In this document: one piece after another, positions 30,428 to 41,470 of the stretch
How the letters are laid out: each line of letters opens with the position of its first letter
How positions within the stretch are numbered: the stretch's first letter is position 1
From: Rhodospirillales bacterium
GTDB taxonomy: Bacteria; Pseudomonadota; Alphaproteobacteria; SMXQ01
Length of the DNA: 64,000 nt
Assembly: GCA_018666775.1 (NCBI GenBank)
Contig: JABIXC010000007.1
Span: forward strand, 96,845-160,844
Direction: 5' to 3'
Made by a program: the position numbers and the translations under genes
Notes under the pieces: model-generated
Database searches by the model: none
What the model was told of the DNA's origin: nothing
What the model saw: the letters and a program-made list of their open reading frames with translations, nothing else

Positions 30428-31273
30428 TCATTCTGGTCCTGTAAAATCACGGTCATGATCAAGGGACGGGATTTGCGCGCGTGCGCGGGCCACCAGTGAC
30501 AGATCAATCTCAGCCATGACAATACCGGGCGCATCATCGCCTTCTGCAATGATTTTTCCCCAAGGATCAATGATCAGGGAATGGCCATAGGTTTTGCGCC
30601 CACGGGGATGGCTACCGCATTGGGCGGGGGCGATCACAAAGCTTCCGGTTTCAATGGCGCGCGCCCGCAACAACGTGTGCCAATGGGCCCCCCCGGTGGC
30701 CAGCGTAAATGCCGATGGGACGGTAATGATATCAGCGCCCGCATGGGCCAAAGCACGATAAAGATAGGGAAACCGCAGGTCATAACAGATGGAAAGCCCA
30801 ATGTTGCCAAAGGGTGTTTTGCCAATGACTGCGCGCGCCCCCGGCAAATAGGTTGACGATTCCCGGTAGCTTTCCCCGCCATCAAGAGTGGCATCGAACA
30901 TGTGGATTTTGTCATAGGACGCGACAGTGTCGCCCTGATTGTCCAAAAGGAAAGACCGGTTGGCGATCCTGTCGTCTTCACCATGATCTGGTGTTACAGC
31001 CAACGACCCCACCAACAACCAGACATCCAGTTCAACCGCCAGAGCGCGAAAAAGCTTCAGGGCTTCGTGGTTTGCCTCAATCGAGGCTGCATCGCGAACG
31101 CCTTTGCCATCCGGGGCCATGGAGGCAACATTTTCAGGGAAGGTAATCCATTCGGCACCCCTGTCTTTTGCTTCGCGAGCAAAGGTGCAGGCGGCAAACA
31201 TATTGGCGGAAAAATCATCGCCCGCATTAACCTGAATACAGGCCGCTGAAATGCGCGCCTCAGCCGGGCACAT
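30428..31273 (-). CDS. Carbon-nitrogen hydrolase (Nit1 / deaminated glutathione amidase-like)
   Basis: E-K-C triad (FPEN, YDKIHMFD, ICYDLRFP), LLRARAIE and YGHSLIIDPWG. Confidence 0.92.
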   Translation of the reverse strand: MCPAEARISAACIQVNAGDDFSANMFAACTFAREAKDRGAEWITFPENVASMAPDGKGVRDAASIEANHEALKLFRALAVELDVWLLVGSLAVTPDHGEDDRIANRSFLLDNQGDTVASYDKIHMFDATLDGGESYRESSTYLPGARAVIGKTPFGNIGLSICYDLRFPYLYRALAHAGADIITVPSAFTLATGGAHWHTLLRARAIETGSFVIAPAQCGSHPRGRKTYGHSLIIDPWGKIIAEGDDAPGIVMAEIDLSLVARARAQIPSLDHDRDFTGPE

Positions 31274-31547
31274 TGCTTTCGCTCTCTGTGCTCTCAATGC
31301 CCAGCATCCCGTCAAGGCGGCCTTCGCGATCCAACGCGGCGATTTCATCACTGCCGCCTACGGGGGCATCATCGAGAAAGATTTGGGGCACGGTATTGCC
31401 GCCGCCTCTGGCCATCATTTCCTGACGCCTGCCGGCTTCTGAATTAACGTCATAGCCGGTCCACGCCACGCCTTTTGATTCCAGCAAATTGCGGGCGCGG
31501 TGGCAAAAGCCACACCAGTCTGAATAATACATTTCGATCTTAACCAT
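31260..31547 (-). CDS. grxC: Glutaredoxin 3
   Basis: CGFC active site, TVPQIF and GGSD; in comF-grxC-nitrilase context. Confidence 0.9.
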   Translation of the reverse strand: MVKIEMYYSDWCGFCHRARNLLESKGVAWTGYDVNSEAGRRQEMMARGGGNTVPQIFLDDAPVGGSDEIAALDREGRLDGMLGIESTESESNVPG

Positions 31548-31602
31548 GAGCCCTATATAGAGGGGCAAATGCCATCTGTCACCGCTTGGTTAAAATTATT
31601 TT

Positions 31603-32418
31603 CTAGCTTTCCCGGACCACCCGGGCCAGCGTCAGGACATCCACCATGGCTGCCCCTGCGCGCCACAAGGTGCGCGTTGTCGCCTCTGCGGTGGCCCCGG
31701 TGGTCAAAACATCATCCACCAGCAACACCCGCTTTCCCTTTAGCACATCCTTAAACCGGGGATTGATGGCAAATGCACCGCGGACATTGGCTTTGCGCCG
31801 GGCCCGGTTCAGCCGCCCCTGAGACGGCGTTGATCGAATTCGGCGCAAAAGATCGGGGATTACCGGCGTATTCGCCACCCGACCAAGGGCCAATGCCAGC
31901 AATGCCGCCTGATTGTATCGGCGCATAAACAAACGATTGCGATGGAGCGGAACAGGCACGATCAAATCTGCCTCATCCACCAACGCGCCGCCCGCACGGG
32001 CCAGCCACGCGCCGTAAGCCGGGGCACCGTGAATTTTGTCACCATGTTTAAACCCCAAAATCAAAGGCCGGCTGGCATCATCATAGCGAAACACAGAACG
32101 CGCCCTTCCCCACGCCGGGGCCGCACGAACACATACCCCACACAGCGTGGCCGTTCCCAACGTGTCGCCATCATCCATCCCCAATTCAAACGGATACCCA
32201 CAGCGTCCACAATAAGGGGGAGAGACAAAGGACATCTTCGCCCAACACGCCCCACACAGCGCGCCATTGCCTGCACTGGTTCCAGCATCGACGACCACGG
32301 AACAGCCCAGGCATAATCTTGGCAATAAAAGATCAAGGCCCGCGCGCCATGCCCGGCCCAATACATTAGGGAACAAACTGGTTGAGGGGGGGTCACCCGA
32401 TGGTTTCAAGATGCTCAT
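31603..32418 (-). CDS. ComF family protein (double zinc ribbon + phosphoribosyltransferase domain)
   Basis: Four CxxC motifs, VPVPLH, RRYNQA and LLVDDVLTTGAT. Start approximate. Confidence 0.9.
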   Translation of the reverse strand: MSILKPSGDPPSTSLFPNVLGRAWRAGLDLLLPRLCLGCSVVVDAGTSAGNGALCGACWAKMSFVSPPYCGRCGYPFELGMDDGDTLGTATLCGVCVRAAPAWGRARSVFRYDDASRPLILGFKHGDKIHGAPAYGAWLARAGGALVDEADLIVPVPLHRNRLFMRRYNQAALLALALGRVANTPVIPDLLRRIRSTPSQGRLNRARRKANVRGAFAINPRFKDVLKGKRVLLVDDVLTTGATAEATTRTLWRAGAAMVDVLTLARVVRES

Positions 32419-32499
32419 GATAGAATTGGACCCGAGTGCCCATGGCCTGTCAATCGGCAAACCTTGGCGCAACATACCCAAACATGGCATATAGCTTCC

Positions 32500-33402
32500 A
32501 TGGATCATCCAGACACCAACCCGGCGCCCTTTAATCGCCAAACTGTGCGCACCCATCGCGACCGGGCAGCGGCCGATTTTGATCAGGCCGATTTTTTGTT
32601 CCGGGAATCTGGCAACCGATTGTTGGATCGCCTGATTGATGTAAAACGGAATTTCACCACCGCACTTGATCTTGGCTGTCATACCGGCACGCTGGCAAAG
32701 GCGTTGACCGCGCACCCCGGCATTGAACACGTGGTACAATGCGATCTTTCAACCAAAATGGCCCATGGGGCAAAATCACAAAACGCGCAAATGACCCTTG
32801 TGTGTGATGAAGAGACCCTGGCATTCAAGGATCAAAGTTTTGATCTGGTCACCAGCAATCTATCGCTGCACTGGGTCAATGATCTGCCGGGTAGCCTGAC
32901 CCAGATACGCCAAATTTTAAAACCAGATGGCTTGTTTCTGGCATCATTTTTAGGGGGCAATACGCTGTGTGAATTGCGCCACGCCTTTATGTCAGCAGAG
33001 CTGGAAATTGAAGCCGGGGCCAGCCCGCGCATTTCACCCTTTGCCGATGTTCGCGATGGGGGTGATCTGTTATCGCGTGCAGGATTCAAACTGCCCGTGG
33101 CCGATGTGGACACCATCACGGTCAATTTCGAAACCCCGTTTCACCTGATGCACGATCTACGCGCCATGGGGGAAACCAATGCGGTCGCCTTGGGCCGCAA
33201 AGCATTTTCCCGCCGCCAAACCATGATGGAAGCCATCAAACGCTATCCCACCGCCCCAGGATCGGGCCGTATTGATGCCAGTTTCCAGATTATCTGGCTG
33301 GCGGCATGGGCACCGGGGCCAAACCAGCCCCAACCCCTGAAACCCGGCAGTGCCACGACCCATCTTGGGGATCATCTGGGGGCATCCTCCGGCGATTCCT
33401 AG
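32500..33402 (+). CDS. SAM-dependent methyltransferase (NDUFAF5/BioC-like)
   Basis: LDLGCHTG, LSLHWVNDLPG, LKPDGLF, RAGFKLPVAD and QPLKPGSA. Confidence 0.88.
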   Translation: MDHPDTNPAPFNRQTVRTHRDRAAADFDQADFLFRESGNRLLDRLIDVKRNFTTALDLGCHTGTLAKALTAHPGIEHVVQCDLSTKMAHGAKSQNAQMTLVCDEETLAFKDQSFDLVTSNLSLHWVNDLPGSLTQIRQILKPDGLFLASFLGGNTLCELRHAFMSAELEIEAGASPRISPFADVRDGGDLLSRAGFKLPVADVDTITVNFETPFHLMHDLRAMGETNAVALGRKAFSRRQTMMEAIKRYPTAPGSGRIDASFQIIWLAAWAPGPNQPQPLKPGSATTHLGDHLGASSGDS

Positions 33403-33482
33403 ATCGCCATTTACCAGACCCGATCAAAGGACTAGGATTCAAGGTAACGACGGAGATGGCAAACCCCTCAGGAGGGCCTGCT

Positions 33483-33800
33483 ATGAGACAGTTATTTATT
33501 GCTTGTGTGTTGATTTCTTTTTGCGCCATGACCACGCCGGTGTATGCCGCCGGTGATGTCAGGCAGGGCAAACAGATTGCTGCGCGCTGGTGTTCATCGT
33601 GTCATCTGGTTGGAAGCGCCAGGCGCAGTGCCGATGGGGCGCCGCCCTTTGCTGCCCTTGCCAATAATCCGGCCAAGACAGCACGCTATTTAAAGGCCTG
33701 GATTTCCAATCCGCATCCGCCGATGCCGAATTTCAATCTACCCCGCCAGACCATTGACGATCTGGTTGCCTATATTCGATCCCTGAAAAAAATGCCTTAA
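33483..33800 (+). CDS. Small periplasmic monoheme cytochrome c
   Basis: AGGAG RBS, signal peptide, CSSCH heme motif, distal Met in HPPMPNF, and DLVAYIRSL. Confidence 0.85.
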   Translation: MRQLFIACVLISFCAMTTPVYAAGDVRQGKQIAARWCSSCHLVGSARRSADGAPPFAALANNPAKTARYLKAWISNPHPPMPNFNLPRQTIDDLVAYIRSLKKMP

Positions 33801-34216
33801 ATGATATCCATCAGCATCTGGACCAGCGGCACATCGGCCGGCGGCATGGCAAGGCGGGCAAGTGCATTGGGATGGTGCCAACGAATTTCCTGACCTTCCA
33901 TAGGCTTTGGGATGCCTTCCCAAACCCGGCACTGATACAACGGCATCAACAGATGAAAATCTGCATACCCATGGGACGCAAAGGTAAGCGGGCTGAGGCA
34001 GGTTTCACACACCGTGATGCCCAGTTCTTCGCCTAATTCGCGCACCAGGGCGGCTTCGGGGGTTTCACCATCATCGACTTTGCCGCCGGGAAATTCCCAC
34101 AGCCCCGCCATGGTTTTACCCTCAGGCCTTTGGGCCACCAACACCCGGCCATCAACGTCGATTAACGCAGCCGCAGCGACAAGCACAATGGGTTTATCAG
34201 GATCGGTAATCGGCAT
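33797..34216 (-). CDS. mutT: 8-oxo-dGTP diphosphatase (Nudix)
   Basis: WEFPGGKV...ETPEAALVRELGEELG; follows argJ. Confidence 0.92.
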   Translation of the reverse strand: MPITDPDKPIVLVAAAALIDVDGRVLVAQRPEGKTMAGLWEFPGGKVDDGETPEAALVRELGEELGITVCETCLSPLTFASHGYADFHLLMPLYQCRVWEGIPKPMEGQEIRWHHPNALARLAMPPADVPLVQMLMDII

Positions 34217-35453
34217 TGATTGAAATATACCCATGGGTCAGATCACAGGTCCACACCCGGGCCGTCCCACTTTGTTTGACCGGTTTGGCGCCCACATTGA
34301 CGGAGACATCAATGTTTTTGCCCTTCATATGCCGGGCAACGGGGGCCTCTTTATAGCCTTTGCGCGCAGCCCCATTTTCGGTGATTTTTATTCCACCAAC
34401 CCGAATGGCCAATTTATCGGCATTGATCTTTTCCCCGGCCTTGCCGACCGCCATGACAATCCGCCCCCAATTGGCATCCCCTGCGGCAAAGGCCGTCTTC
34501 ACCAGAGGCGAATTGGCAATGGACATGGCAATGACTTTCGCTGCCCTATTGCTGGCAGCCCCAGTGACATCAATAGTGATAAATTTGGTTGCCCCTTCGC
34601 CGTCACGAATAATTTGGTGCGCAAGATCAAGCATCACTTCATCCAGCTTGCGCTTGAAATCGCGAAGGGCCGGATCGCTGGCTTTTGTAATGGGCTTATG
34701 GGCTGCCCCTGCTCCGGTTGCGACCAGCAGCACCGTATCGCTGGTGGAGGTGTCGCTGTCCACGGTAATGGCATTGAACGACCGCTCAGCCGCATCGCGT
34801 AAAAGGCTTTGTAAAACGGGTGCTGGCAATTTGGCGTCGGTAAACACATAGGCCAACATGGTCGCCATATTGGGGGCAATCATGCCCGATCCCTTGGCAA
34901 TGCCAGAAAGATTAACAACCTTGCCGCCAATTTTTGCCTGTGTGCTGGCACCCTTTGGATAGGTGTCCGTGGTGGAAATGGCCTCAGCCGCTTTTTTCCA
35001 GATGTCCGCCCGTGATGAAGCGGCCACATCCCCGATCAACCCCGGAAGGGCGCGCGTAATTTTGGCAATGGGCAAGCGTTCCCCGATGACACCGGTGGCA
35101 GACACCATAATGTCACTGGGTTTGGCACCCAATACCTGTGCCGTCATGGCGGCAGTGGCGGACACATCTCTGGCACCGGCCTTGCCTGTAAACACATTGG
35201 CATTTCCGGAATTGACAACGATGGCACGAATGGCACCGCCCGATAGGGCATCCCGACACCAGCGCACGGTTGGCCCGGCGGTCAGAGATTTTGTAAACAC
35301 GCCGGCAACCTTTGATCCGGGGGCCAAAACCGCCACCATCAAATCGGAACGCATGCTGGCCTTTATGCCACACGCGCTCGACGCAAGGCTGACACCTTCA
35401 ATGGCAGCCAGTTTCGGGAACCGCTTTGGCGCTAGGGGTGAAATTTTAGACAT
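34197..35453 (-). CDS. argJ: Bifunctional ornithine acetyltransferase
   Basis: NSGNAN, TGVIG, KGSGMIAPNMATML, DGEGATK and ANWGR. Confidence 0.97.
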   Translation of the reverse strand: MSKISPLAPKRFPKLAAIEGVSLASSACGIKASMRSDLMVAVLAPGSKVAGVFTKSLTAGPTVRWCRDALSGGAIRAIVVNSGNANVFTGKAGARDVSATAAMTAQVLGAKPSDIMVSATGVIGERLPIAKITRALPGLIGDVAASSRADIWKKAAEAISTTDTYPKGASTQAKIGGKVVNLSGIAKGSGMIAPNMATMLAYVFTDAKLPAPVLQSLLRDAAERSFNAITVDSDTSTSDTVLLVATGAGAAHKPITKASDPALRDFKRKLDEVMLDLAHQIIRDGEGATKFITIDVTGAASNRAAKVIAMSIANSPLVKTAFAAGDANWGRIVMAVGKAGEKINADKLAIRVGGIKITENGAARKGYKEAPVARHMKGKNIDVSVNVGAKPVKQSGTARVWTCDLTHGYISINADYRS

Positions 35454-35518
35454 GATCTACTCTATTCAAAATTTATATCCGGGTAAAAATTATAAATGAG
35501 GGTCTATTTGGCAGGCCG

Positions 35519-36394
35519 TTATCGGCCGCCTCTTCCTTGGGGCATGGGCATGGGGGCCTTGGATGGATCGATTTTGGGCAAAAGAATTTCGATTTTTGCT
35601 GCCTTGCGCAGTTCTTTCATTTCCTTATCCATAAGTTCATCACGCATCGTATTGGCGAGTTTCTGCTTCACCTTGTCAAAGGTTGGTGGGGCCGCAGTAC
35701 GAATATCTTCTACCTTGATCACGTGCCAGCCAAACCGGGTTTTAACGGGGGCGCGCGCCGTTTCGCCCTTGCGCAGAGCAAAGGCTGCAGCCGAAAAGGG
35801 CGGCACCATCTGGGCACGTTTAAAATAGCCAAGATCCCCACCTTGGGTCTTGGACGGGCCGATGGAACGCTTTTTCGCCACTTCGGCAAAATCTGATCCC
35901 TTTTGCAGTTCCCCAATCACCGACATGGCTTCGGCACGGGTCTTGACCAGAATATGGCGTGCACGGACCTGTTTTTCCTGACCCATGGTTTTTTTGTCCC
36001 GGTCATAGCGACGCTTCAAGGCCTTTTCCGTGACCCGCCTTTCGATTAAACGCTGCATAAACAGCTGTTCCAGAATTTGGCCTTTGGCCTGTTCCAGGGC
36101 GCGTTTATAGGCGGGGTCCTTTTCCAGACCCAGCGCCCTACCCCGGGCAGAAACCAGCGCGCTGTCCACGAGCTTGTCCGTAATCGCGCGAATGAGAACA
36201 TCACGCGGCAAGGAAGCATATTGGGGCGGCAACGTAGCAAGGCCGATCACCACATCGGATTGGCGAATTTCCTTTCCATTCACCCGGGCCACCACGGGAT
36301 CTTCGCCCGGGGCTGTGGACTGGGCCAGAACGGGGGTACCAATAAGGCTCAAAAGGGCCAAAAATCCGAATAAACGCACGGAAAAACGGGTCAT
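35519..36394 (-). CDS. Periplasmic parvulin-type peptidyl-prolyl isomerase
   Basis: AGGAG RBS, signal peptide, ARHILV, GGDLGYF and FGWHVIKVED. Confidence 0.9.
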   Translation of the reverse strand: MTRFSVRLFGFLALLSLIGTPVLAQSTAPGEDPVVARVNGKEIRQSDVVIGLATLPPQYASLPRDVLIRAITDKLVDSALVSARGRALGLEKDPAYKRALEQAKGQILEQLFMQRLIERRVTEKALKRRYDRDKKTMGQEKQVRARHILVKTRAEAMSVIGELQKGSDFAEVAKKRSIGPSKTQGGDLGYFKRAQMVPPFSAAAFALRKGETARAPVKTRFGWHVIKVEDIRTAAPPTFDKVKQKLANTMRDELMDKEMKELRKAAKIEILLPKIDPSKAPMPMPQGRGGR

Positions 36395-36552
36395 TTTATA
36401 CTCCTGCTTATGCGCCGCGTTAAAAGCCAAAGCGCAATTTTTTAATTCAGCGGCCCGGAAGGTACCATGATGCGCCCAAAATCCCACCCCAAAAGCAGAC
36501 AAAAAATAGCCCCAACACCCTGAAAAAGGATAGTTAAGAGCCGCTCTGATCA

Positions 36553-36581
36553 TTGACATGGCCCTGTTGCGACACTATCTG
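36553..36581 (+). promoter_or_regulatory. Putative sigma70 promoter of secA
   Basis: TTGACA-N17-TATCTG about 55 nt upstream of the ATG at 36637. Confidence 0.5.
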
Positions 36582-36636
36582 TCTCTCTGGTCCGATCGCA
36601 GGGATTAAAGGGCCGATACAAAACCAGGGAAACCCA

Positions 36637-39381
36637 ATGCTTGCTACCTTGGCCAGACGTTTTTTTGGCAATCAAAATGATCGTTTTCTCCGCCCCTTTG
36701 AACCCAAGGTCGCGGCCATCAATGCCCTTGAGCCGGAGCTGGAAAAGCTGTCCGCCGAGGAACTCGCTGCGCGCACCGACATGTTCCGCAATCGCCTTTC
36801 CGATGGCGAAACGCTCGATGACATTTTAGTCGAAGCCTTCGCCACAGTCCGTGAAGCGGCCAAACGCACCCTGGGCCAGCGTCATTTTGATGTCCAGCTG
36901 TTGGGCGGCATGGTGCTCAATTCCGGGGCCATTTCAGAAATGGCAACCGGTGAAGGCAAGACGCTGGTATCAACCCTGCCGGTCTATCTCAACGCCCTTG
37001 AAGGCAAGGGTGTTCATGTGGTCACCGTCAATGATTATCTGGCCAAACGCGATTCTGAATGGATGGGCGAAATTTATGCCTATCTGGGCTTAACCGTTGG
37101 CTGCATCACCAATGATCTTGAAGACGATGACCGCCGGGCCGCCTATGCCGCCGATGTGACATACGGGACCAACAACGAATTCGGGTTCGACTATCTTCGG
37201 GACAACATGAAATTTTCTTTGGATGAAATGGTCCAAAGCCCCTTCAATTTTGCCATCGTCGATGAAGTTGATTCCATCCTGATCGATGAAGCACGCACAC
37301 CGTTGATCATTTCCGGCCAAGTAGAAGATTCATCTGAACTCTACGTTCAGGCTAATAAGTTCATCCCGCTTCTTGATGCCACCCATTTTGAAATGGATGA
37401 AAAGGCCAAGGCCGTCACCTTGACCGAAGGTGGCTCTGAATTTATGGAAAAAACCCTGACCGATGCGGGTCTTTTGCAGGGCAACAACCTCTACGACATT
37501 GAGAACATCGGGCTGGTTCATCACATCAATCAGGCATTACGCGCCCATAAGCTGTTCCAGCTTGACCGGGATTACATCGTCCATGAATCCAAGATCGTCA
37601 TCATCGATGAATTCACGGGCCGCATGATGGAAGGGCGGCGCTATTCTGAAGGGCTGCACCAAGCCCTTGAAGCCAAGGAAAACTGCCCCATTGAGAGTGA
37701 AAACCAGACCCTTGCCTCAATCACGTTCCAGAACTATTTCCGCATGTACCCAAAACTTGCTGGCATGACCGGAACGGCCATGACCGAAGCGGCCGAATTT
37801 GAAGACATTTATAAACTGGAAGTCATCAATATCCCGACCAACGTACCCTGCACCCGGATTGATCACGAAGATGAGGTCTATCGCACTGCGGATGAAAAGG
37901 TCGAAGCCATTCTGGAACAGATCAAGGATTGCCATGCGCGCAAGCAACCAATTCTGGTGGGAACGGTTTCCATCGAAAAGTCTGAACATCTTGCTGAGTG
38001 TTTAAAGAAACTGAAAACCCCCCATAAAGTGCTGAATGCGCGCTACCACGAACAAGAAGCCATGATCATTTCCCAAGCCGGGCACCCCGGTGCTGTGACC
38101 ATTGCCACAAACATGGCGGGACGCGGAACCGATATTCAGCTGGGCGGCAATCTGGACATGCGATTGGCCAATGAACTGGAAAAAATAACCGACGACACGA
38201 AGCGTGCTGAAAAAGAAAAAGCCATCCGTGAAGAAGTCACTGCAGGCCGCAAAATTGCCTATGACGCAGGCGGGTTGTTCGTGATCGCGTCTGAACGCCA
38301 TGAAGCACGGCGCATTGATAATCAGCTGCGTGGCCGATCGGGTCGCCAGGGCGATCCCGGGGCATCAAAGTTTTTCCTGTCTCTAGAAGATGACCTGATG
38401 CGCATTTTTGGCTCTGAACGCATGGATTCCATGTTGGGGCGTTTGGGTCTGGAAGAAGGCGAAGCCATTACCCATCCGTGGGTGTCCAAGGCCTTGCTGA
38501 AAGCCCAGGAAAAAGTTGAAGCACATAATTTTGATATCCGTAAAAACCTATTGCGCTTTGATGATGTCATGAACGACCAGCGCAAGGTGATCTACGAACA
38601 GCGGATCGAATTGATGAGCGCGGAAGACGTGTCAGAAACCATTGCCGACATGCGCCACGAAGTAACCGACAGCATGGTTTCCAGGGCCATCCCAGAACGT
38701 GCCTATCCGGAAGAATGGGATATTCCCATGTTGCACGAAGAAGTCTTGCGGGTGTTGGCGCTTGATCTGCCATTGACCGACTGGGCCAAAGAAGAAGGCA
38801 TTGCCGATGAAGAAATTCGCGCCCGGCTAATTGATGCGGGAAATCGGAAAATGGCTGAAAAAGCGGCCCATTACACCCCTGATGTCATGCGTATGGCTGA
38901 AAAAAGCATCCTGTTGCAAATCCTGGATCAAACCTGGAAAGATCACCTGCTGAGCCTCGATCACCTGCGCCAGGGGATCAACCTGCGTTCCTATGCCCAG
39001 CGTGACCCGCTGAACGAATATAAAAGCGAGGCGTTTTCGCTGTTTGAACAGATGCTGGTTCAGTTGCGCGAAAATGTAACCCAGACCCTGTCGCATCTGG
39101 AACTGAGCTTTGACAACCCGGAAAATATGGACCTGATGCCGGCACCGATGTTGCAGTCAGATATGTACGAAACTCGTTTTGACCCAACCATGAATTTGGA
39201 TGAAGAAGATGAGGGGAATGACGCATTAATCGATGGGCCCGCGCCCCAAACCGTTCGCCATGCCAGCGGTGACGCCCTTGATCCAACAAATCCGGTTACT
39301 TGGGGCAAGGTTTCGCGCAATGCGCCTTGCCCATGTGGATCGGGTAAAAAGTACAAGCACTGCCACGGGCAACTGGTTTAA
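36637..39381 (+). CDS. secA: Preprotein translocase ATPase SecA
   Basis: [34 protein letters not shown] and C-terminal [14 protein letters not shown]. Confidence 0.98.
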   Translation: MLATLARRFFGNQNDRFLRPFEPKVAAINALEPELEKLSAEELAARTDMFRNRLSDGETLDDILVEAFATVREAAKRTLGQRHFDVQLLGGMVLNSGAISEMATGEGKTLVSTLPVYLNALEGKGVHVVTVNDYLAKRDSEWMGEIYAYLGLTVGCITNDLEDDDRRAAYAADVTYGTNNEFGFDYLRDNMKFSLDEMVQSPFNFAIVDEVDSILIDEARTPLIISGQVEDSSELYVQANKFIPLLDATHFEMDEKAKAVTLTEGGSEFMEKTLTDAGLLQGNNLYDIENIGLVHHINQALRAHKLFQLDRDYIVHESKIVIIDEFTGRMMEGRRYSEGLHQALEAKENCPIESENQTLASITFQNYFRMYPKLAGMTGTAMTEAAEFEDIYKLEVINIPTNVPCTRIDHEDEVYRTADEKVEAILEQIKDCHARKQPILVGTVSIEKSEHLAECLKKLKTPHKVLNARYHEQEAMIISQAGHPGAVTIATNMAGRGTDIQLGGNLDMRLANELEKITDDTKRAEKEKAIREEVTAGRKIAYDAGGLFVIASERHEARRIDNQLRGRSGRQGDPGASKFFLSLEDDLMRIFGSERMDSMLGRLGLEEGEAITHPWVSKALLKAQEKVEAHNFDIRKNLLRFDDVMNDQRKVIYEQRIELMSAEDVSETIADMRHEVTDSMVSRAIPERAYPEEWDIPMLHEEVLRVLALDLPLTDWAKEEGIADEEIRARLIDAGNRKMAEKAAHYTPDVMRMAEKSILLQILDQTWKDHLLSLDHLRQGINLRSYAQRDPLNEYKSEAFSLFEQMLVQLRENVTQTLSHLELSFDNPENMDLMPAPMLQSDMYETRFDPTMNLDEEDEGNDALIDGPAPQTVRHASGDALDPTNPVTWGKVSRNAPCPCGSGKKYKHCHGQLV

Positions 39382-39410
39382 CAGAAAACCTGATTAGCAC
39401 GGGTGCCGGA

Positions 39411-40367
39411 TCAGTCGAGGCCGACTTTACCCATTTCCATGAATTTTTCACGACGCTGTGCCCTGAGCGCACCGCCTTCTATGCCGACGATTTCCGCTAA
39501 GGATTTTTCCACCGCATCCCCCAGCGTTTCCATGATGCGTTCGCGGTCACGATGGGCGCCGCCGGTGGGCTCGGGGATGATTTGGTCGATGACTTTTAAT
39601 TCTTTCAGATCCTGGGCCGTCAGACGCAAAGCCTCTGCCGCTTCCTTGGCAGCGTCATTGGTCCGCCACAGGATCGATGCGCAGCCTTCTGGTGAAATGA
39701 CGGAATAGATGGCATGTTCCAGCATCAAAATCCTGTCTGCCGCTGCCAACGCAATGGCACCACCAGATCCCCCTTCACCAATAACGATCGAAATCAACGG
39801 CACCCGAAGGCGCAAACATGCCTCAATTGACCGCGCAATGGCTTCTGCCTGACCGCGTTCTTCAGCATCAATCCCGGGATAAGCACCAGCGGTATCCACC
39901 AGGGTGATAACGGGAACCTGGAAATGATCAGCCAGTTCCATCAAACGCCGGGCCTTGCGATAGCCTTCAGGGCGGGCCATGCCGAAATTACGATGCAATC
40001 GCGATTCCGTATCAGCCCCTTTTTCATTGCCAATCACCATGACAGAACGCCCCCGGAACCGGCCAAGGCCAGCAACGATGGCGGCATCTTCGGCAAACGT
40101 CCGATCACCGCAAAGAAGCGTGAAATCATCCAGCAAAGAATCAATGAAATCAATGGTATGCGGCCGTTCAGGATGGCGTGCCACCTGAACTTTCTGCCAT
40201 GGGGTCAGCTTCGCATAGGTCTGGCCAAGCAGTTTCCCGGCCCGATCCTTCAGCTTTTCGATCTCTCCACCAACATCGCTATCCCCTGCAGCCTCGCGAT
40301 GGCGCAGTTCTTCAATCTTGCCTTCAAGTTCGGCGATTGGTTTTTCAAATTCTAGAAAAGTTGGCAT
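39411..40367 (-). CDS. accA: Acetyl-CoA carboxylase carboxyltransferase alpha
   Basis: [28 protein letters not shown] and GEGGSGGA. Confidence 0.97.
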   Translation of the reverse strand: MPTFLEFEKPIAELEGKIEELRHREAAGDSDVGGEIEKLKDRAGKLLGQTYAKLTPWQKVQVARHPERPHTIDFIDSLLDDFTLLCGDRTFAEDAAIVAGLGRFRGRSVMVIGNEKGADTESRLHRNFGMARPEGYRKARRLMELADHFQVPVITLVDTAGAYPGIDAEERGQAEAIARSIEACLRLRVPLISIVIGEGGSGGAIALAAADRILMLEHAIYSVISPEGCASILWRTNDAAKEAAEALRLTAQDLKELKVIDQIIPEPTGGAHRDRERIMETLGDAVEKSLAEIVGIEGGALRAQRREKFMEMGKVGLD

Positions 40368-40442
40368 TTAAAAGCTCTCATACTGACCGGGCAATGATGG
40401 ACCTTACATGCCCCGACAAACAGAAAAAGTCAATCAGCCCCA

Positions 40443-41426
40443 TTACCCTTTCGTCCCACGTGGCCCGGTACGGGATTTGGTAACCCGTGCCAGGGGGTGA
40501 TGAATACTGACCAATTGTTGCAATCGTTCATCCAGAACATGGGTGTAAATTTCCGTGGTGGAGATATCGGCATGGCCAAGGAGCTGTTGCACAGAACGTA
40601 AATCTGCCCCATGGGCCAAAAGATGGCTGGCAAAGGCATGGCGCAAAACATGGGGGGAAACAGCCTTTGCCTCAAGGCCCGATTCTATGGCCAGAAGCTT
40701 TAATTCCTGAGCAAATCGCTGACGGGTCAGATGCCCCTGGGCGGCCCGGGTTGGAAACAGCCAAGGGCTATGTTTTTCTTGTGCTCCCTCGTTGCGGCAT
40801 GACAACCATTCCCCAAGGGCGATTTGCGCTGGCTCTGAAAGGGGCACCATGCGTTCCTTGCTGCCCTTTCCCATGACCACCAAAAATTCACCATCATTGG
40901 TCATTGCTGCCAGCGGCAAACTGACCAGTTCTGATACCCGCAATCCGGTGGCATACAGAATTTCGAAAAGGGCGCGCAACCGGATGCCCTTGGGCCCTTT
41001 GCGGCCCTTGAGCACCTCAAACATGATCTCAATATCATCCTCGCTCAGGGTTTTTGGCAAGGGCCGCCCCTGAGATGGGCTATCGATCCCGGCGGTGGGA
41101 TCATCGTCGCGCAACCCTTCGGCGGCAAGAAACCGGTAGAACTGGCGAAGGGCGGACAAGCGTCTGGCTGCCGTGCCCGCACCCAGGCCTTGCTCTGACA
41201 TGGATTCAAGATATCCCTTAATCGACGCAACGCTTGCGTCTGCCAAAGGGAGCCCGCAATATTTTTCAGAATCTTCTAAATAGCGCGCAAAATAAACAAG
41301 ATCACGGCGATATGCGGCAATGGTGTTTTGCGCAGACCCCCGTTCAGCCGCCATCATTTCAAGAAATGCATCCAGCGTTTGGCCTACCAATTTCGGGATT
41401 TGAGTATCCGCCTTGCGTCCCGCCAT
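40443..41426 (-). CDS. xerD: Site-specific tyrosine recombinase XerD
   Basis: YATGLRVSEL, GKGSKER, HVLRHAFASH and LLGHADISTTEIYTH; in the conserved accA/aroK context. Confidence 0.9.
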   Translation of the reverse strand: MAGRKADTQIPKLVGQTLDAFLEMMAAERGSAQNTIAAYRRDLVYFARYLEDSEKYCGLPLADASVASIKGYLESMSEQGLGAGTAARRLSALRQFYRFLAAEGLRDDDPTAGIDSPSQGRPLPKTLSEDDIEIMFEVLKGRKGPKGIRLRALFEILYATGLRVSELVSLPLAAMTNDGEFLVVMGKGSKERMVPLSEPAQIALGEWLSCRNEGAQEKHSPWLFPTRAAQGHLTRQRFAQELKLLAIESGLEAKAVSPHVLRHAFASHLLAHGADLRSVQQLLGHADISTTEIYTHVLDERLQQLVSIHHPLARVTKSRTGPRGTKG

Positions 41427-41470
41427 CTGAGTCCCTTTCCGGGATAAAAACAGGGTCTTAAAGACCCGCT

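Noticed and set aside
31260..31547. Glutaredoxin CGFC active site instead of CPYC
   Set aside because: Within normal variation for dithiol glutaredoxins.
31603..32739. Apparent long head-to-head overlap of ComF with the methyltransferase, and similar overlaps for PPIase/secA and hemA/hisS
   Set aside because: Artefact of longest-ORF start choice; downstream starts remove the overlaps.
40443..41426. Tyrosine recombinase as a phage or island integrase
   Set aside because: XerD-like length and motifs in a conserved accA/aroK context, with no att repeats, tRNA or cargo genes.
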